A stretch of DNA of 64,000 nucleotides from a bacterium (GCA_021801825.1 JAJYXK010000007.1:24509-88508), one strand, 5' to 3'; positions 21,227 to 31,081 are shown, counted from the stretch's first letter. Translations and numbers: made by a program. The notes: generated from the sequence alone by a model not told the origin.

Positions 21227-23017
21227 CTACATTTTTTCTTGTACCGTTATACCGAGAATACCAAGTCCATAGCGAATCGTACGAGCGGCAGTAGTGAGAA
21301 GTTGTATGCGCGCACTTCTTGTTGCAACGTTGGAATCACTCAAAATATGTGACTTTTCGTAAAGAGTGTTTATATTATTAGCGAGAGTAAACAAATACTC
21401 CGCAAGATGATGCAGTGATTGTGAAGAGGCTGAGGCCTCAATGGCGGCTTCAAATCGCACAAGAGATCGCATGAGTTCATAATCAGTCTTTGTTAGTTGA
21501 TTGTATGCCCGTGCAGTGTTTTGGCGTGGTGCCTTTGCGAGAATACTCATCACGCGTGCGTAGGTGTATTGTAGATAGGGGAAACTATTTCCTGAGAGAG
21601 AGAAGAGAGAATCAAAATCAAATGATATGTTTGAAGTACGGTTGCTACGGAGCATGCTGTATTTAATAACCCCCGAAGAAACCGTTTGGGCGGTCTGATC
21701 TAATTGCGTGTTGGATTGATTTGTTTGTTTTTCTTTCTGCGTGTCTTTCGCGTGAGCAAGTACTTCAGTAAACACTTCATCGGCTGTCACAATATCTCCT
21801 TTCCTAGTTGAGAACTTTTTTCCCAATGAATTTAATACCATACCAAACGAAACATGCTCAAAAGGAATAGTGGTGAGTTTTAATATAGAATTAATCGCTT
21901 GAAGTTGCTGAAAGTGAAGCGATTGTTCATTACCCACAATGTAGAGCATGCGCACGGGGTGTATCTTTCGCGCTCGGTACAATAGACTCACTAAGTCTCG
22001 GGTAAGATATAATGTCGCTCCGTCAGATTTTTGAATAAGTCCAGGTGGAAGGTGATATGAGTCAAGAGAGACAATAGTTGCTCCATCGCTGGTGGTTGCT
22101 TTTCCTGAGCGAAGTAGTTTCTGTATAAATGGAGTAAGTCGTGACTCGTAAAAACTTTCTCCAATAATATAATCAAATCGCACATCTAACGCCGCATACA
22201 TTCTCTGAAATTCCTTGAGAGATTGATCTACGATGTATTTCCAGATGCGGCGGTTTGCCGAATGTCCTTTTTCAAGATCATTAAATTCTTTTCGCGCCTC
22301 ATCTTCAAGCGAGGGGTCATCTTTTGCTTCCTCGTGAAATCGTACATAGAGTTTTTGTAATTCAGTAATAGGGTCTTTTTCTATTACCGTGTGATCTCCC
22401 CATTTTTTATATGCTACGAGCAGCTTCCCAAATTGAGTGCCCCAATCTCCCAAATGGTTCCAGGCGATGGTTTTATATCCCATGTGGTTATAGAGGTGCA
22501 CTAGAGCATTCCCGAGTATGGTTGCGCGGAGATGCCCAATGCTCATAGGCTTTGCAATGTTAGGAGAAGAAAATTCTATAATGATTTTCTTTTTAAAAAA
22601 TCGTTTGCGAGGAGCGGGAGAAGAAAGCTTTTGAGCAATGCGTGCCCATCCGGAAGGGGTGATAAAGAAATTTAAAAATCCTCCTCCGGCGACCTCAATG
22701 TGTATATATTCTTTAAATTCAGATGATAATGATTGTTGTATAGAGATGCTTATTTCTTGAGCAATTTCTAGTGGAGATTTTTTAAATAAAGGTGCATATA
22801 AAAAAGGAGCATTGGTAGAAAAATCTCCAAAAGTAGCTATTTCTTTAGTCTCCAGTTCAAAATGAGGGAATGGAGTAGGGTGCGATAGATGATGTGATTC
22901 TGCAAGTTTTTCAAAGGCGCCCTGAATTATAGTGTGAATATATTTTTCTGGATGCCGAGAAAAGAGCTCTAATTGACCTGATTTCATAGTATGCATTAAT
23001 AATACTGAATTTTTCAA
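21227..23017 (-). CDS. argS: Arginyl-tRNA synthetase
   Basis: SPNIAKPMSIGHLRATILGN (HIGH-type region), C-terminal DALR anticodon-binding region, 596 aa. Confidence 0.85.
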   Translation of the reverse strand: MKNSVLLMHTMKSGQLELFSRHPEKYIHTIIQGAFEKLAESHHLSHPTPFPHFELETKEIATFGDFSTNAPFLYAPLFKKSPLEIAQEISISIQQSLSSEFKEYIHIEVAGGGFLNFFITPSGWARIAQKLSSPAPRKRFFKKKIIIEFSSPNIAKPMSIGHLRATILGNALVHLYNHMGYKTIAWNHLGDWGTQFGKLLVAYKKWGDHTVIEKDPITELQKLYVRFHEEAKDDPSLEDEARKEFNDLEKGHSANRRIWKYIVDQSLKEFQRMYAALDVRFDYIIGESFYESRLTPFIQKLLRSGKATTSDGATIVSLDSYHLPPGLIQKSDGATLYLTRDLVSLLYRARKIHPVRMLYIVGNEQSLHFQQLQAINSILKLTTIPFEHVSFGMVLNSLGKKFSTRKGDIVTADEVFTEVLAHAKDTQKEKQTNQSNTQLDQTAQTVSSGVIKYSMLRSNRTSNISFDFDSLFSLSGNSFPYLQYTYARVMSILAKAPRQNTARAYNQLTKTDYELMRSLVRFEAAIEASASSQSLHHLAEYLFTLANNINTLYEKSHILSDSNVATRSARIQLLTTAARTIRYGLGILGITVQEKM

Positions 23018-23107
23018 AATATGCTATAGTATATAGGTACATAGCCTCACCGTTTTACAGAGGAGGCTGAAACACATTAAAAGGTCGGGCACATATATCT
23101 ATCTAAT

Positions 23108-23335
23108 ATGCAAAAATTAAATGCATTAGACTGGATTACTCTCATCCTCGTCATCATTGGTGGATTGAATTGGGGACTTGTCGGCCTGTTTAATTTTAAC
23201 TTGGTAACCGCCATATTTGGTGAGAATATTGTTTCCAGTATCATTTTTGTTATTGTGGGTCTTTCGGCGTTGTATCTTGCGATTGGCGCCGGATCATTCT
23301 CAAAGAAGGGAAGCGTTGCGGGAGATCAGGTGTAG
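23108..23335 (+). CDS. DUF378-family small membrane protein
   Basis: LDWITLILVIIGGLNWGLVGLFNFNLV signature. Confidence 0.6.
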   Translation: MQKLNALDWITLILVIIGGLNWGLVGLFNFNLVTAIFGENIVSSIIFVIVGLSALYLAIGAGSFSKKGSVAGDQV

Positions 23336-23362
23336 CAACATGTATTGGCCCAAGAGAAATAT

Positions 23363-23395
23363 AAAATCCACTCAATATATTGAGTGGATTTTATA
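23363..23395 (+). terminator. Rho-independent terminator (aatccactcaa-tatat-ttgagtggatt + tt)
   Basis: Perfect 11-bp stem. Confidence 0.5.
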
Positions 23396-23452
23396 ACAAG
23401 GTTTTCTTTTGCTATTTTCCCGTATCCTCTGTCTATTTTTTTGTATGCTTTT

Positions 23453-23496
23453 CGTTGTCCATTATTACTGACGATCGTCAGTAATAATGGACAACG
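23453..23496. repeat. 44-nt perfect palindrome cGTTGTCCATTATTACTGACGA|TCGTCAGTAATAATGGACAACg centred on GATC
   Basis: Read directly; 22+22 perfect inverted repeat in convergent intergenic region between DUF378 gene and AI-2E transporter gene. Confidence 0.8.
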
Positions 23497-23533
23497 AGAT
23501 TTACCTACATTATATAACTACATAATTACCCAA

Positions 23534-24643
23534 CTATAGAAATGGCTCTTTCTTGTGTATTTGTGCGTAGGTTTCAAGAAGCGTCACAAACAACGCAACT
23601 ACCACAGGACCTAATATAAATCCTAAGGGTCCAAAGAATGCAACACCACCTAAGATGGCGAGCAAAGTGATGATGGGGTGGAGTTTTAGTCCTTTATCAA
23701 TGAGTATAGGAGCAAGTGTATTATCTATGAGTCCAACTGCAATGGCTGACCAAATAATGAGTCCAAATGCGGAGGTGGGATTTCCAGTCGCAAAGAGATA
23801 TATGATGGAAGGAATGGTTACTATTGATGTTCCAAATGTAGGAACTAAAGCCGCGAGCGCCGCGAGCGCTCCCCACACCATAGGATTCGGAACTCCAAAT
23901 AGAGTAAATCCTACACTACAAATAATACCCTGCAAGATGGAAACGGTGAGATTCCCTCTGAGCACCGAATTTATACTCTCGCGAACTCTACGAATAACCA
24001 TTTCATCATAGGGATCGGGGATAGGGCTGATTCGCTTTACTAAAGCAACTAATTTTGTTTTGTGTTTGAGAATAAAGAAAAGAGAGAAAAGCGCCACCAA
24101 AACATCAGCAAGCGCTACCACCAAACCAGAGAATACCGGCCCTATGTTTTGTACCACAAAAGAAAGCGCCTGTTGTATATACACATCAATAGATTCCGCG
24201 ATGTGAGGATTCATACGCGTCACAAAGTTAGGAATAAGATTATTTATTCCTCTCACAATTTCAGAAGTTGGTTGGTTTGCGATGGAGGTATATAGGTTTT
24301 GGGCCCCCTCTACAATTTTCCATCCAAAGAATCCAACAGGAATGGCAACAATAAATATGACCAATATTACAGAAACCAGGGCCGCAAGCGTGGTCTTTTG
24401 TCTAAAGAGTTTTACTAAGTGGTTATATAATGGCTCTACCGCAATAGCGATAATAAGGGCAAGAAGGATTGAATATAGATAGGGGCCGAAAACAAAGAAA
24501 GATATAATTCCCACAATTGCAATGAGTGTGATGAAAAATATCTCCTGGGCATTTATAATTGGTTTGTTTTGCATATGACTAAGTATACGGCATAACAAAA
24601 ATATGGTAAAGCAATATGCTATGATAGATAACAATATGACCAC
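23534..24643 (-). CDS. AI-2E family (PerM/TqsA-like) transporter
   Basis: 8 TM helices, 369 aa, overall fold/length typical of PF01594-type permeases (family knowledge). Confidence 0.55.
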   Translation of the reverse strand: MVILLSIIAYCFTIFLLCRILSHMQNKPIINAQEIFFITLIAIVGIISFFVFGPYLYSILLALIIAIAVEPLYNHLVKLFRQKTTLAALVSVILVIFIVAIPVGFFGWKIVEGAQNLYTSIANQPTSEIVRGINNLIPNFVTRMNPHIAESIDVYIQQALSFVVQNIGPVFSGLVVALADVLVALFSLFFILKHKTKLVALVKRISPIPDPYDEMVIRRVRESINSVLRGNLTVSILQGIICSVGFTLFGVPNPMVWGALAALAALVPTFGTSIVTIPSIIYLFATGNPTSAFGLIIWSAIAVGLIDNTLAPILIDKGLKLHPIITLLAILGGVAFFGPLGFILGPVVVALFVTLLETYAQIHKKEPFL

Positions 24644-25448
24644 GAAGGCATTTCAAAGAAAAATCTGGAATTATTACAACAAACACAAACGCTCTATGCC
24701 GTGGCGAACGCGCGTGACCCCATATTATATATTGGTCTCTGAAATTATGTTACAGCAGACACAAGTCTCTCGTGTATTACAAATCTTTCCTGCATTTATT
24801 AAAGAATTTCCAACAATAACATCTCTCGCGCAAGCCACCCTAGCACAGGTACTAAAAGCATGGCAGGGACTAGGATATAACCGTCGCGCGCTCTATTTGC
24901 ACAGAAGCGCCCGAATTATTAAGGAACGGTACAAGGGAATTATCCCCAAGGACAGGGAACTATTGCAAACACTGCCTGGTATTGGTCCAAATACTGCCGG
25001 ATCTTTGTGCGCGTTTGCATTTAACCAACCAACTATTTTTATAGAAACAAATATTCGTAGTGTGTTTATCCACCATTTTTTTAAGAATGCAAAAAAAGTA
25101 TCCGATAAAGAAATTCTTGCTATAGTAAGAAAAACACTAGATACACAAAGGCCTCGTGAATGGTATTGGGCACTCATGGACTATGGAACGGAATTAAAAA
25201 GAAAAGAAGGTAATCCTAATAAGAAAAGCGCGCATTACACACAACAAAGCACCTTCAAGGGATCTTCACGACAACTTCGAGGAATGATATTGAAAGTATT
25301 ATTGACAACGGATGCAGGAATGACCGCGGGAGAAATTGGAAAGCGGGTGCGCAAAACACCAGATGAACTAAAAAAGTTGTTAGCTCAATTATGTGATGAG
25401 GGTTTTATTGTGTGTAATCGCGCTCGGTATTACATCGTTTCTCACTAA
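24636..25448 (+). CDS. HhH-GPD superfamily DNA glycosylase (MutY/Nth-like, no C-terminal 4Fe-4S Cys cluster)
   Basis: MPWRTRVTPYYILVSEIMLQQTQV, helix-hairpin-helix LPGIGPNTA, catalytic Asp region. Confidence 0.65.
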   Translation: MTTKAFQRKIWNYYNKHKRSMPWRTRVTPYYILVSEIMLQQTQVSRVLQIFPAFIKEFPTITSLAQATLAQVLKAWQGLGYNRRALYLHRSARIIKERYKGIIPKDRELLQTLPGIGPNTAGSLCAFAFNQPTIFIETNIRSVFIHHFFKNAKKVSDKEILAIVRKTLDTQRPREWYWALMDYGTELKRKEGNPNKKSAHYTQQSTFKGSSRQLRGMILKVLLTTDAGMTAGEIGKRVRKTPDELKKLLAQLCDEGFIVCNRARYYIVSH

Positions 25449-26524
25449 AACACTTTCAAAGTGCGAAGTATTTCGTCAAATAATTTCTTTTGATTATCAA
25501 AAGAGATAAACAGGGGTGTGGTTTTGTAACTGATTAGGGTGGTTTCGTCTATATATGTGCGAGTGATGAGGAGGGTTCTTGTTTCGGTAAGGGGGAGGGC
25601 ATATTCGTATAAGCCTTCGCCCTCAGCCCCCATAGAAGAGATTGAACCAGTGATATCTCCAAGAGTAAATGGTTCAGGGGACTGTCCAGTGCTTGATGCT
25701 ATTGCTTTCACAACTTCATCATAAGTAGCGGAGACATTATTAAGCTGAAGTTGCATGTTGGCGGTGGTGGGAGTACACGCGCCAGAGGGCGCACAATGTT
25801 TTGTGGGAATACGATATATGATAGTAGCTCCCGAGGAAGTGAGTCCTGAAAGAGTAGTGGTGTTTTTTGATTTTATAAATACACGCGGATAAGAAATAGA
25901 AAATGATTTCTGTGGATCGGTGTAAGTAGTCCAAGAAGAACTATCTTTTGTAGAAATCAAAAAATATGAGGGGTCGCAATATTTATTCTCAAGAGAACAT
26001 CCTACCTGAATCCAATCATAAAAGGTTTGAGGATTTTGATTGATTGCAAATATAACATGTTGTATGGAAGAAAATTGAGTAAGGGTATTAGTTACTTGTG
26101 CAAGAAACGCGCTTGATCCGCATGAGGAAGAAAGTTGTGATTGAGTTTTTCTAATATCCTGCAGATCTATGTAAGCAGTTCCATCCTCTATAGCAATATC
26201 AATAAGGGGTGAAGTTGTGGTGGTGAGCGCGCTGGAATATCCTTTCTGGATTTCATCTGCGGTTGGTCCTGCAAACAACTGTGCAAGCGCGGCACGCGCT
26301 ACGCCGGTGGTATAGGGGATGGTGCGTTTCACTGGTAGTACCGCCGAACAATCATTTTGAGAAACATTTTTTTGGGAAAAGAATACAGAAAAGGTTATTG
26401 TTTTTTCTTCGTCTTTTGCGGTAGGAGAGGTGACTAGAGAAAGATCTAATATATAAAAAAATAACCCCGCCACTATGATTGCGGTTATTCCTATAAACAT
26501 GAGCCAGCGATATCTTTGAGGCAT
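25445..26524 (-). CDS. Membrane-anchored GerMN-domain protein
   Basis: N-terminal TM; TGVARAALAQLFAGPT GerMN-like signature. Confidence 0.5.
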   Translation of the reverse strand: MPQRYRWLMFIGITAIIVAGLFFYILDLSLVTSPTAKDEEKTITFSVFFSQKNVSQNDCSAVLPVKRTIPYTTGVARAALAQLFAGPTADEIQKGYSSALTTTTSPLIDIAIEDGTAYIDLQDIRKTQSQLSSSCGSSAFLAQVTNTLTQFSSIQHVIFAINQNPQTFYDWIQVGCSLENKYCDPSYFLISTKDSSSWTTYTDPQKSFSISYPRVFIKSKNTTTLSGLTSSGATIIYRIPTKHCAPSGACTPTTANMQLQLNNVSATYDEVVKAIASSTGQSPEPFTLGDITGSISSMGAEGEGLYEYALPLTETRTLLITRTYIDETTLISYKTTPLFISFDNQKKLFDEILRTLKVF

Positions 26525-26605
26525 AAAAATAGTATGCGCGTTCTATCGGTGGAATTCAATAATGCTCCATGTTGTTTAGTGAAGTATGCTACACTGAAAT
26601 ATCGT

Positions 26606-27028
26606 ATGAAAAATATTTGGCAGGAAAACAAATACATTGACCTTTGGTCACTCAATCACTTTTTGTCTGGAGCTAGTCTCGCGGGTGTCGCATGGTATTT
26701 TAAAATCAGTTTTATTCTCGCAATAATTATTTCGGTAGCAATATTTATAGCGTGGGAGTTTATTGAATACTATACAAAAGTGGGAGAATCTCAGATAAAT
26801 CAGATATCAGATATTATTATTGCGATCATTGGCTTTTGTGTTTTTTATTTTATACAGACCCCACTTCTTTTATTGATGGTTATCACGGTGTTTTTAATTT
26901 TAGAAACATGGGGGTATTTGTATAAGTTTGTTGAAAAGCAAAGGGAATCTCCTAAGTACATGCCTATTATTTGTATTATTGCGGTGTTTATATATGTTGT
27001 TTGGTATGCATTTAGGATTATCTTTTAG
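26606..27028 (+). CDS. Hypothetical membrane protein (4 TM)
   Basis: ORF track 26516..27028 trimmed to Met at 26606. Confidence 0.45.
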   Translation: MKNIWQENKYIDLWSLNHFLSGASLAGVAWYFKISFILAIIISVAIFIAWEFIEYYTKVGESQINQISDIIIAIIGFCVFYFIQTPLLLLMVITVFLILETWGYLYKFVEKQRESPKYMPIICIIAVFIYVVWYAFRIIF

Positions 27029-27043
27029 AATTTCTTTTTAATC

Positions 27044-27069
27044 AAAATACCCCCATATGGGGGTATTTT
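27044..27069. terminator. Bidirectional terminator (aaaataccccc-atat-gggggtatttt)
   Basis: Perfect 11-bp stem with A/T arms serving both strands. Confidence 0.55.
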
Positions 27070-27102
27070 GATTTATAGGTGATTGCGTTTTTGGCGTGGG
27101 TA

Positions 27103-27333
27103 TTATAAATGCAAGAATCCTAAAAGTTGATATATAAGAAGCGCGGGCCATATAATCGCCTTTAAAACTCCGAGAACCCCCATCCAAAAAGTGTCTGCTT
27201 GTTGGATAAAATAAACCGCAGCTCCCACGAACGCCATGCCGTATACAGCGCACGGAGTAGAACCAGCGCGACATTTTTTACATTTGTGATGTGAACACAT
27301 ATCGTGTTCTTGTTTTTGTGTTTCGTTTTCCAT
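27103..27333 (-). CDS. Small membrane protein with N-terminal CSHHKCKKC Cys/His cluster
   Basis: 76 aa; 2 TM; terminator downstream on minus strand. Confidence 0.45.
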   Translation of the reverse strand: MENETQKQEHDMCSHHKCKKCRAGSTPCAVYGMAFVGAAVYFIQQADTFWMGVLGVLKAIIWPALLIYQLLGFLHL

Positions 27334-27338
27334 ATTTT

Positions 27339-28352
27339 TTAATTATTAATTATAGTGATTGCTAAGGGATTGCTTTGGGTAGAGGTCGCGGAGAGATCAT
27401 ATATATTTGAAACGCGCATGGTGTGATACCCCGCGGATATAGTTTGAGGAACCGTAAATACAAAAATGGTTCCATCGGGAGAAACATATGATGCTTTGGT
27501 GCTTCCATTAAATGAATCATCAAAATAGACAAATGAATTGTTGGTAAATCCAGATCCATATAGTACTGCGCCTGTTTTTGCGTCCGCAGTTAAAGTATTT
27601 TTTGGAAGAATAGATTGTATCACTAAGGGTTTTTGAGCGATGGTAAATACCTTACTCGTTTGATCAAGGGGTGATGGTCCGCCGACCTGATTCTGTACCC
27701 GAATACGATAATTTCCAGAAGCAATAGACGATGTATCTCCCGAAAGCATAGCTCCTACCCGCCACGTATATTGTTTTTCAGGGAATCCTCCGAGTGATAT
27801 GTATCCTTTTCCAACACCATTCTCATCTTCAAGTAGTATAGAATACGCAATGATATTTGAGGGAGCGGTCCAGGCAATAGAAATATAATCTCCCACTACA
27901 ACCGAGGTTCCTTGCGTGGGGGTGGTTACTACAATTGCGGAGGGATTTGTTGCGGAGGTAGTGGTTGTAACAGAGGGAGTAGAGGGGGAAGCTGGTAGCG
28001 TAGGAGTAATGGCAGGACAACTATTTTTTTGTATAGCGGCTCTGGTGAGTGGTCCGGTTACTCCCGTTGTTTGAATACCATATGCGGATTGAAATTTTTT
28101 AACCGCGGAGAGTGTTGCGGGACCAAAAACCCCGTTTGGTTGAGCGGTAAGATATCCGGTTGCAAAAAGATAGTTTTGTAATGAACGTATTTGTCCTCCC
28201 ATAGTGAGGTCGGTTGATCCCTGATATAAATTAGTGGTAATGAGCGTACAAGAAAGTGTCGCGGCGTACGTGGAAGAGCAACTTTCAAATAATATGATTG
28301 TTATACAGATGTTAATAAAAAGCGCCGAATATTTTCTCAAGTTGATTTTCAT
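27339..28352 (-). CDS. Secreted protein with peptidoglycan-binding domain and Ig-like beta-rich region
   Basis: Signal peptide MKINLRKYSALFINICITIILF; GGQIRSLQNYLFATGYLTAQPNGVFGPATLSAVKKFQSAYGIQTTGVTGPLT (PG_binding_1-like). Confidence 0.55.
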   Translation of the reverse strand: MKINLRKYSALFINICITIILFESCSSTYAATLSCTLITTNLYQGSTDLTMGGQIRSLQNYLFATGYLTAQPNGVFGPATLSAVKKFQSAYGIQTTGVTGPLTRAAIQKNSCPAITPTLPASPSTPSVTTTTSATNPSAIVVTTPTQGTSVVVGDYISIAWTAPSNIIAYSILLEDENGVGKGYISLGGFPEKQYTWRVGAMLSGDTSSIASGNYRIRVQNQVGGPSPLDQTSKVFTIAQKPLVIQSILPKNTLTADAKTGAVLYGSGFTNNSFVYFDDSFNGSTKASYVSPDGTIFVFTVPQTISAGYHTMRVSNIYDLSATSTQSNPLAITIINN

Positions 28353-28432
28353 ATAGATATATCTTATCGCCTTTCTATTTTTCAAACAACCCAACTCAAG
28401 ATTTTTCATAATTTCTTGCGATTGAAATATGT

Positions 28433-28471
28433 TAAAAAACAAAAAAATCCCGCCGAGGAAAAGGGGCGGGA
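28433..28471 (-). terminator. Rho-independent terminator downstream of tRNA-Trp (minus strand: tcccgcc-N10-ggcggga + T7GT6)
   Basis: Plus strand aaaaaacaaaaaaatcccgccgaggaaaaggggcggga. Confidence 0.5.
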
Positions 28472-28498
28472 CATATCTAACTTAAACAAAAAGGTTTG

Positions 28499-28572
28499 CA
28501 CCGGCGGAGGGAGTCGAACCCCCAACTTGCGGTTTTGGAGACCGTTGCTCTAGCCAATTGAGCTACGCCGGC
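28499..28572 (-). tRNA. tRNA-Trp (anticodon CCA), discriminator G73, CCA not encoded
   Basis: GCCGGCG acceptor, D-arm GCTC-AATTGGCTA-GAGC, anticodon loop CTCCAAA, T-arm GGGGG-TTCGACT-CCCTC. Confidence 0.85.
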
Positions 28573-28590
28573 AGAAACCTTATTTATAAA

Positions 28591-29937
28591 CTAATTACTC
28601 AAAGTGCTAATGAAGTCGTCTATATCCTTTTTAGTAACATGTGGCATGATCGTAAATCGATATACTAGGATAGTACGTTTTATGATCATAGTCTTTTCAT
28701 CGCGCTCTGTCAAGTCTTTAGGAAAATGATCCTGTACAATACAAAATTGTTCTCGTATTTCTGAAAACCGCTTTTTTAAATTCCGCGAAAGTCTAACGGT
28801 TAAGATGTTTGTGCGGCCCTTGTAGATTTGTATTCCGGGAATAGTTTTCAGGGCGTCCTCTAAGTATTGGCGATGCTTCATGCATCTCTGTATTATTTCA
28901 TTGAATCCTTCATACCCGTGCTGTTGAAGTGTTGCCCAACATGCTGCAGCGATTGCTCCAGACCGAGATCCAGGAATAGTATAGTCGGTGTGTCCATAGA
29001 TATATCGCGCGGTTGTTTTAGTAAATTCAAGGAATCCTTTGCGGCATAAGAATATACCAGCAGAATAAGGAACCCACCCTGTCTTATGGGCATCAATAGA
29101 TACAGATCCTACTAAGGGATGCTGGAATGCAAATTTACAATCCGGTTCTATAAATGGAATTACAAATCCGCCAAAAGCGGCATCTACATGAACATATGCG
29201 GCCATGTATAATTCAGATCTTAGACGCTCTAGGGTCTTACAGATTTCATACACGGGATCAATACTGCCCATATTAGTTGTTCCGGCTGTAAGAAAAACAG
29301 CAAATCGCCGGTAACCTTTTTTGTGGTGTGCGCGGATTTCTTCTTCTACAACGCGCGGTTCTAATTCGCCGTTATTATCCGTGGGGAGTTCCAGGAGCAT
29401 GTTGCTGTGTTTGCAGCTTTCATTAGGGTTCTTTCCCAAAAGACGATGAAAGGCCTTCTCAATGCTGTAGTGAAATAGAAATGATCGAAGGACTACAATT
29501 CCTTGGTTTTCACCTTCGGTAACGGTTATATCTTTCCACAGCTTATTTCGAGCGAGCCACAATCCGTGGTCATTTCCATCGGTTCCACCGGTACATAAAT
29601 ATCCATCTATTTTTTTAGAAGGATTTTTAACGCCGATCATTTGCGCTACGCCATATATGAATTCTCTCTCAAGTTTTTGGGTACCCGCAAAACCCATCTC
29701 AGATGGTTTTTCATCTGCTGATTTGGTATGGTAGCCGATATTATTTGGTTGTCTCTTAGAGAACATGTTGTGAACTTGTAGCGCGAGTTTATTTGGTGTT
29801 GTCCCGGGGAATCCAAGAATTGGTTGGGATTCATAATTAATACATTGAGCAAGGGAGTCGATGAGTGTTTTGTTTATTTCTTGTATGTTGTTTCCTTTGT
29901 GAGGAAACCAGTCGGGGTCCTCTGTTTTCTTCTTCAT
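28591..29937 (-). CDS. Group II PLP-dependent decarboxylase (MfnA/aromatic-amino-acid decarboxylase-like)
   Basis: HVDAAFGGFVIPF and S-x-D-x-HK (SVSIDAHKTGWVPYSAG) PLP-lysine motif; 448 aa. Confidence 0.65.
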   Translation of the reverse strand: MKKKTEDPDWFPHKGNNIQEINKTLIDSLAQCINYESQPILGFPGTTPNKLALQVHNMFSKRQPNNIGYHTKSADEKPSEMGFAGTQKLEREFIYGVAQMIGVKNPSKKIDGYLCTGGTDGNDHGLWLARNKLWKDITVTEGENQGIVVLRSFLFHYSIEKAFHRLLGKNPNESCKHSNMLLELPTDNNGELEPRVVEEEIRAHHKKGYRRFAVFLTAGTTNMGSIDPVYEICKTLERLRSELYMAAYVHVDAAFGGFVIPFIEPDCKFAFQHPLVGSVSIDAHKTGWVPYSAGIFLCRKGFLEFTKTTARYIYGHTDYTIPGSRSGAIAAACWATLQQHGYEGFNEIIQRCMKHRQYLEDALKTIPGIQIYKGRTNILTVRLSRNLKKRFSEIREQFCIVQDHFPKDLTERDEKTMIIKRTILVYRFTIMPHVTKKDIDDFISTLSN

Positions 29938-29938
29938 A

Positions 29939-30961
29939 TCATCCTCCGTTGAAGAATTTATTTTTAATGCCTATTTTATCGCGTATTTCCGCGATGGTTT
30001 CATTAAATATCGGTGTTACATAAGCTTTTCCTGCCTCAAGAACGTCTCTTATAAGGCTGGGTTTTTCCAATAGCTGTATGCGTTGCTCTCTAAATTCTTC
30101 CAGAAGATTGTTTACATTAACCGAAAGTAATTTTTTGCAATCAATACAACCAATCGCAGCTTTTTCGCAACCGTTCTTGCTCCAATTAGTTTCGTCTGGA
30201 GCACTAATTAATTTGTGAAGTTGGAAAATAGAACAATGTTCCGGGTTTCCCTGGTCCGTCTTTCTTATGCGGTTCGGATCCGTGGGGGCGATTTTAATTT
30301 TACGCCATGTTTCTTCTGGATTTTCTAAGAGGACAATGGTGTTTCCGTCGCTCTTTCCCATTTTTGGAAATCCGTTTTCGTTCATGGCCGACAACCCGGG
30401 GACAGTTATCATTTCGTTTAGAAGGGCGTCCGGAATAGGAAAATTCGTTTTGTAAAGATGATTAAGTCTCCTTGTAAGCGAAATAGTTAACTCAAGATGC
30501 GCCTGCTGGTCTTTTCCAACAGGGACGAGGTTCGCCTGGGGACCGATAATATCTGCTGCCATAAGTACTGGATAATTAAATAGTCCAGCATTTACATCTT
30601 CGGGATGTTTAGCAACCTTATCCTTATAGGTGGGGAGCCCCTCTAAATCTTTTACCGGAGTTATACAGGATAGATACCAGGCAAGTTCAGTAACCTGTGG
30701 TACGTCAGATTGAAGATAGATAAAAGAATTTTCCAAACTAATCCCGGACGCAAGATAATCAATAACAATGTTAGGCATGTGTTGCTCAATCATCTGCGCC
30801 TCTTTCAGTGTGGTAAGGGTGTGTAAATCTGCCACAAAGAATAAACATTTGTAGCTACTATTTTTTGACATTTCTGCAAAACGGGTGAGTACGCCGAGAT
30901 AATTTCCAAGATGTAACTTTCCTGTTGCTCTAATGCCTGACAAAACAACCTTTTTTTGCAT
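29939..30961 (-). CDS. trpS: Tryptophanyl-tRNA synthetase with C-x21-C-x6-C-x2-C putative Fe-S motif
   Basis: SGIRATGKLHLGNYLG (HIGH), KMGKS (KMSKS), Cys cluster HCSIFQ...NGCEKAAIGCIDCKK. Confidence 0.85.
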   Translation of the reverse strand: MQKKVVLSGIRATGKLHLGNYLGVLTRFAEMSKNSSYKCLFFVADLHTLTTLKEAQMIEQHMPNIVIDYLASGISLENSFIYLQSDVPQVTELAWYLSCITPVKDLEGLPTYKDKVAKHPEDVNAGLFNYPVLMAADIIGPQANLVPVGKDQQAHLELTISLTRRLNHLYKTNFPIPDALLNEMITVPGLSAMNENGFPKMGKSDGNTIVLLENPEETWRKIKIAPTDPNRIRKTDQGNPEHCSIFQLHKLISAPDETNWSKNGCEKAAIGCIDCKKLLSVNVNNLLEEFREQRIQLLEKPSLIRDVLEAGKAYVTPIFNETIAEIRDKIGIKNKFFNGG

Positions 30962-31081
30962 ACTACATCTCCTTTTAGCATTTGCTAAAGTTAGTTTTTT
31001 TGAATGACTTTATTATCAAATTTCTGATTTTATAATAAAACATTATATAAAAAGAGTCAATTTCATACTATAACAAAGTAT

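Noticed and set aside
23018-23107. T-box or attenuator in argS leader
   Set aside because: The leader is only about 90 nt and contains one short hairpin, which is too small for a T-box.
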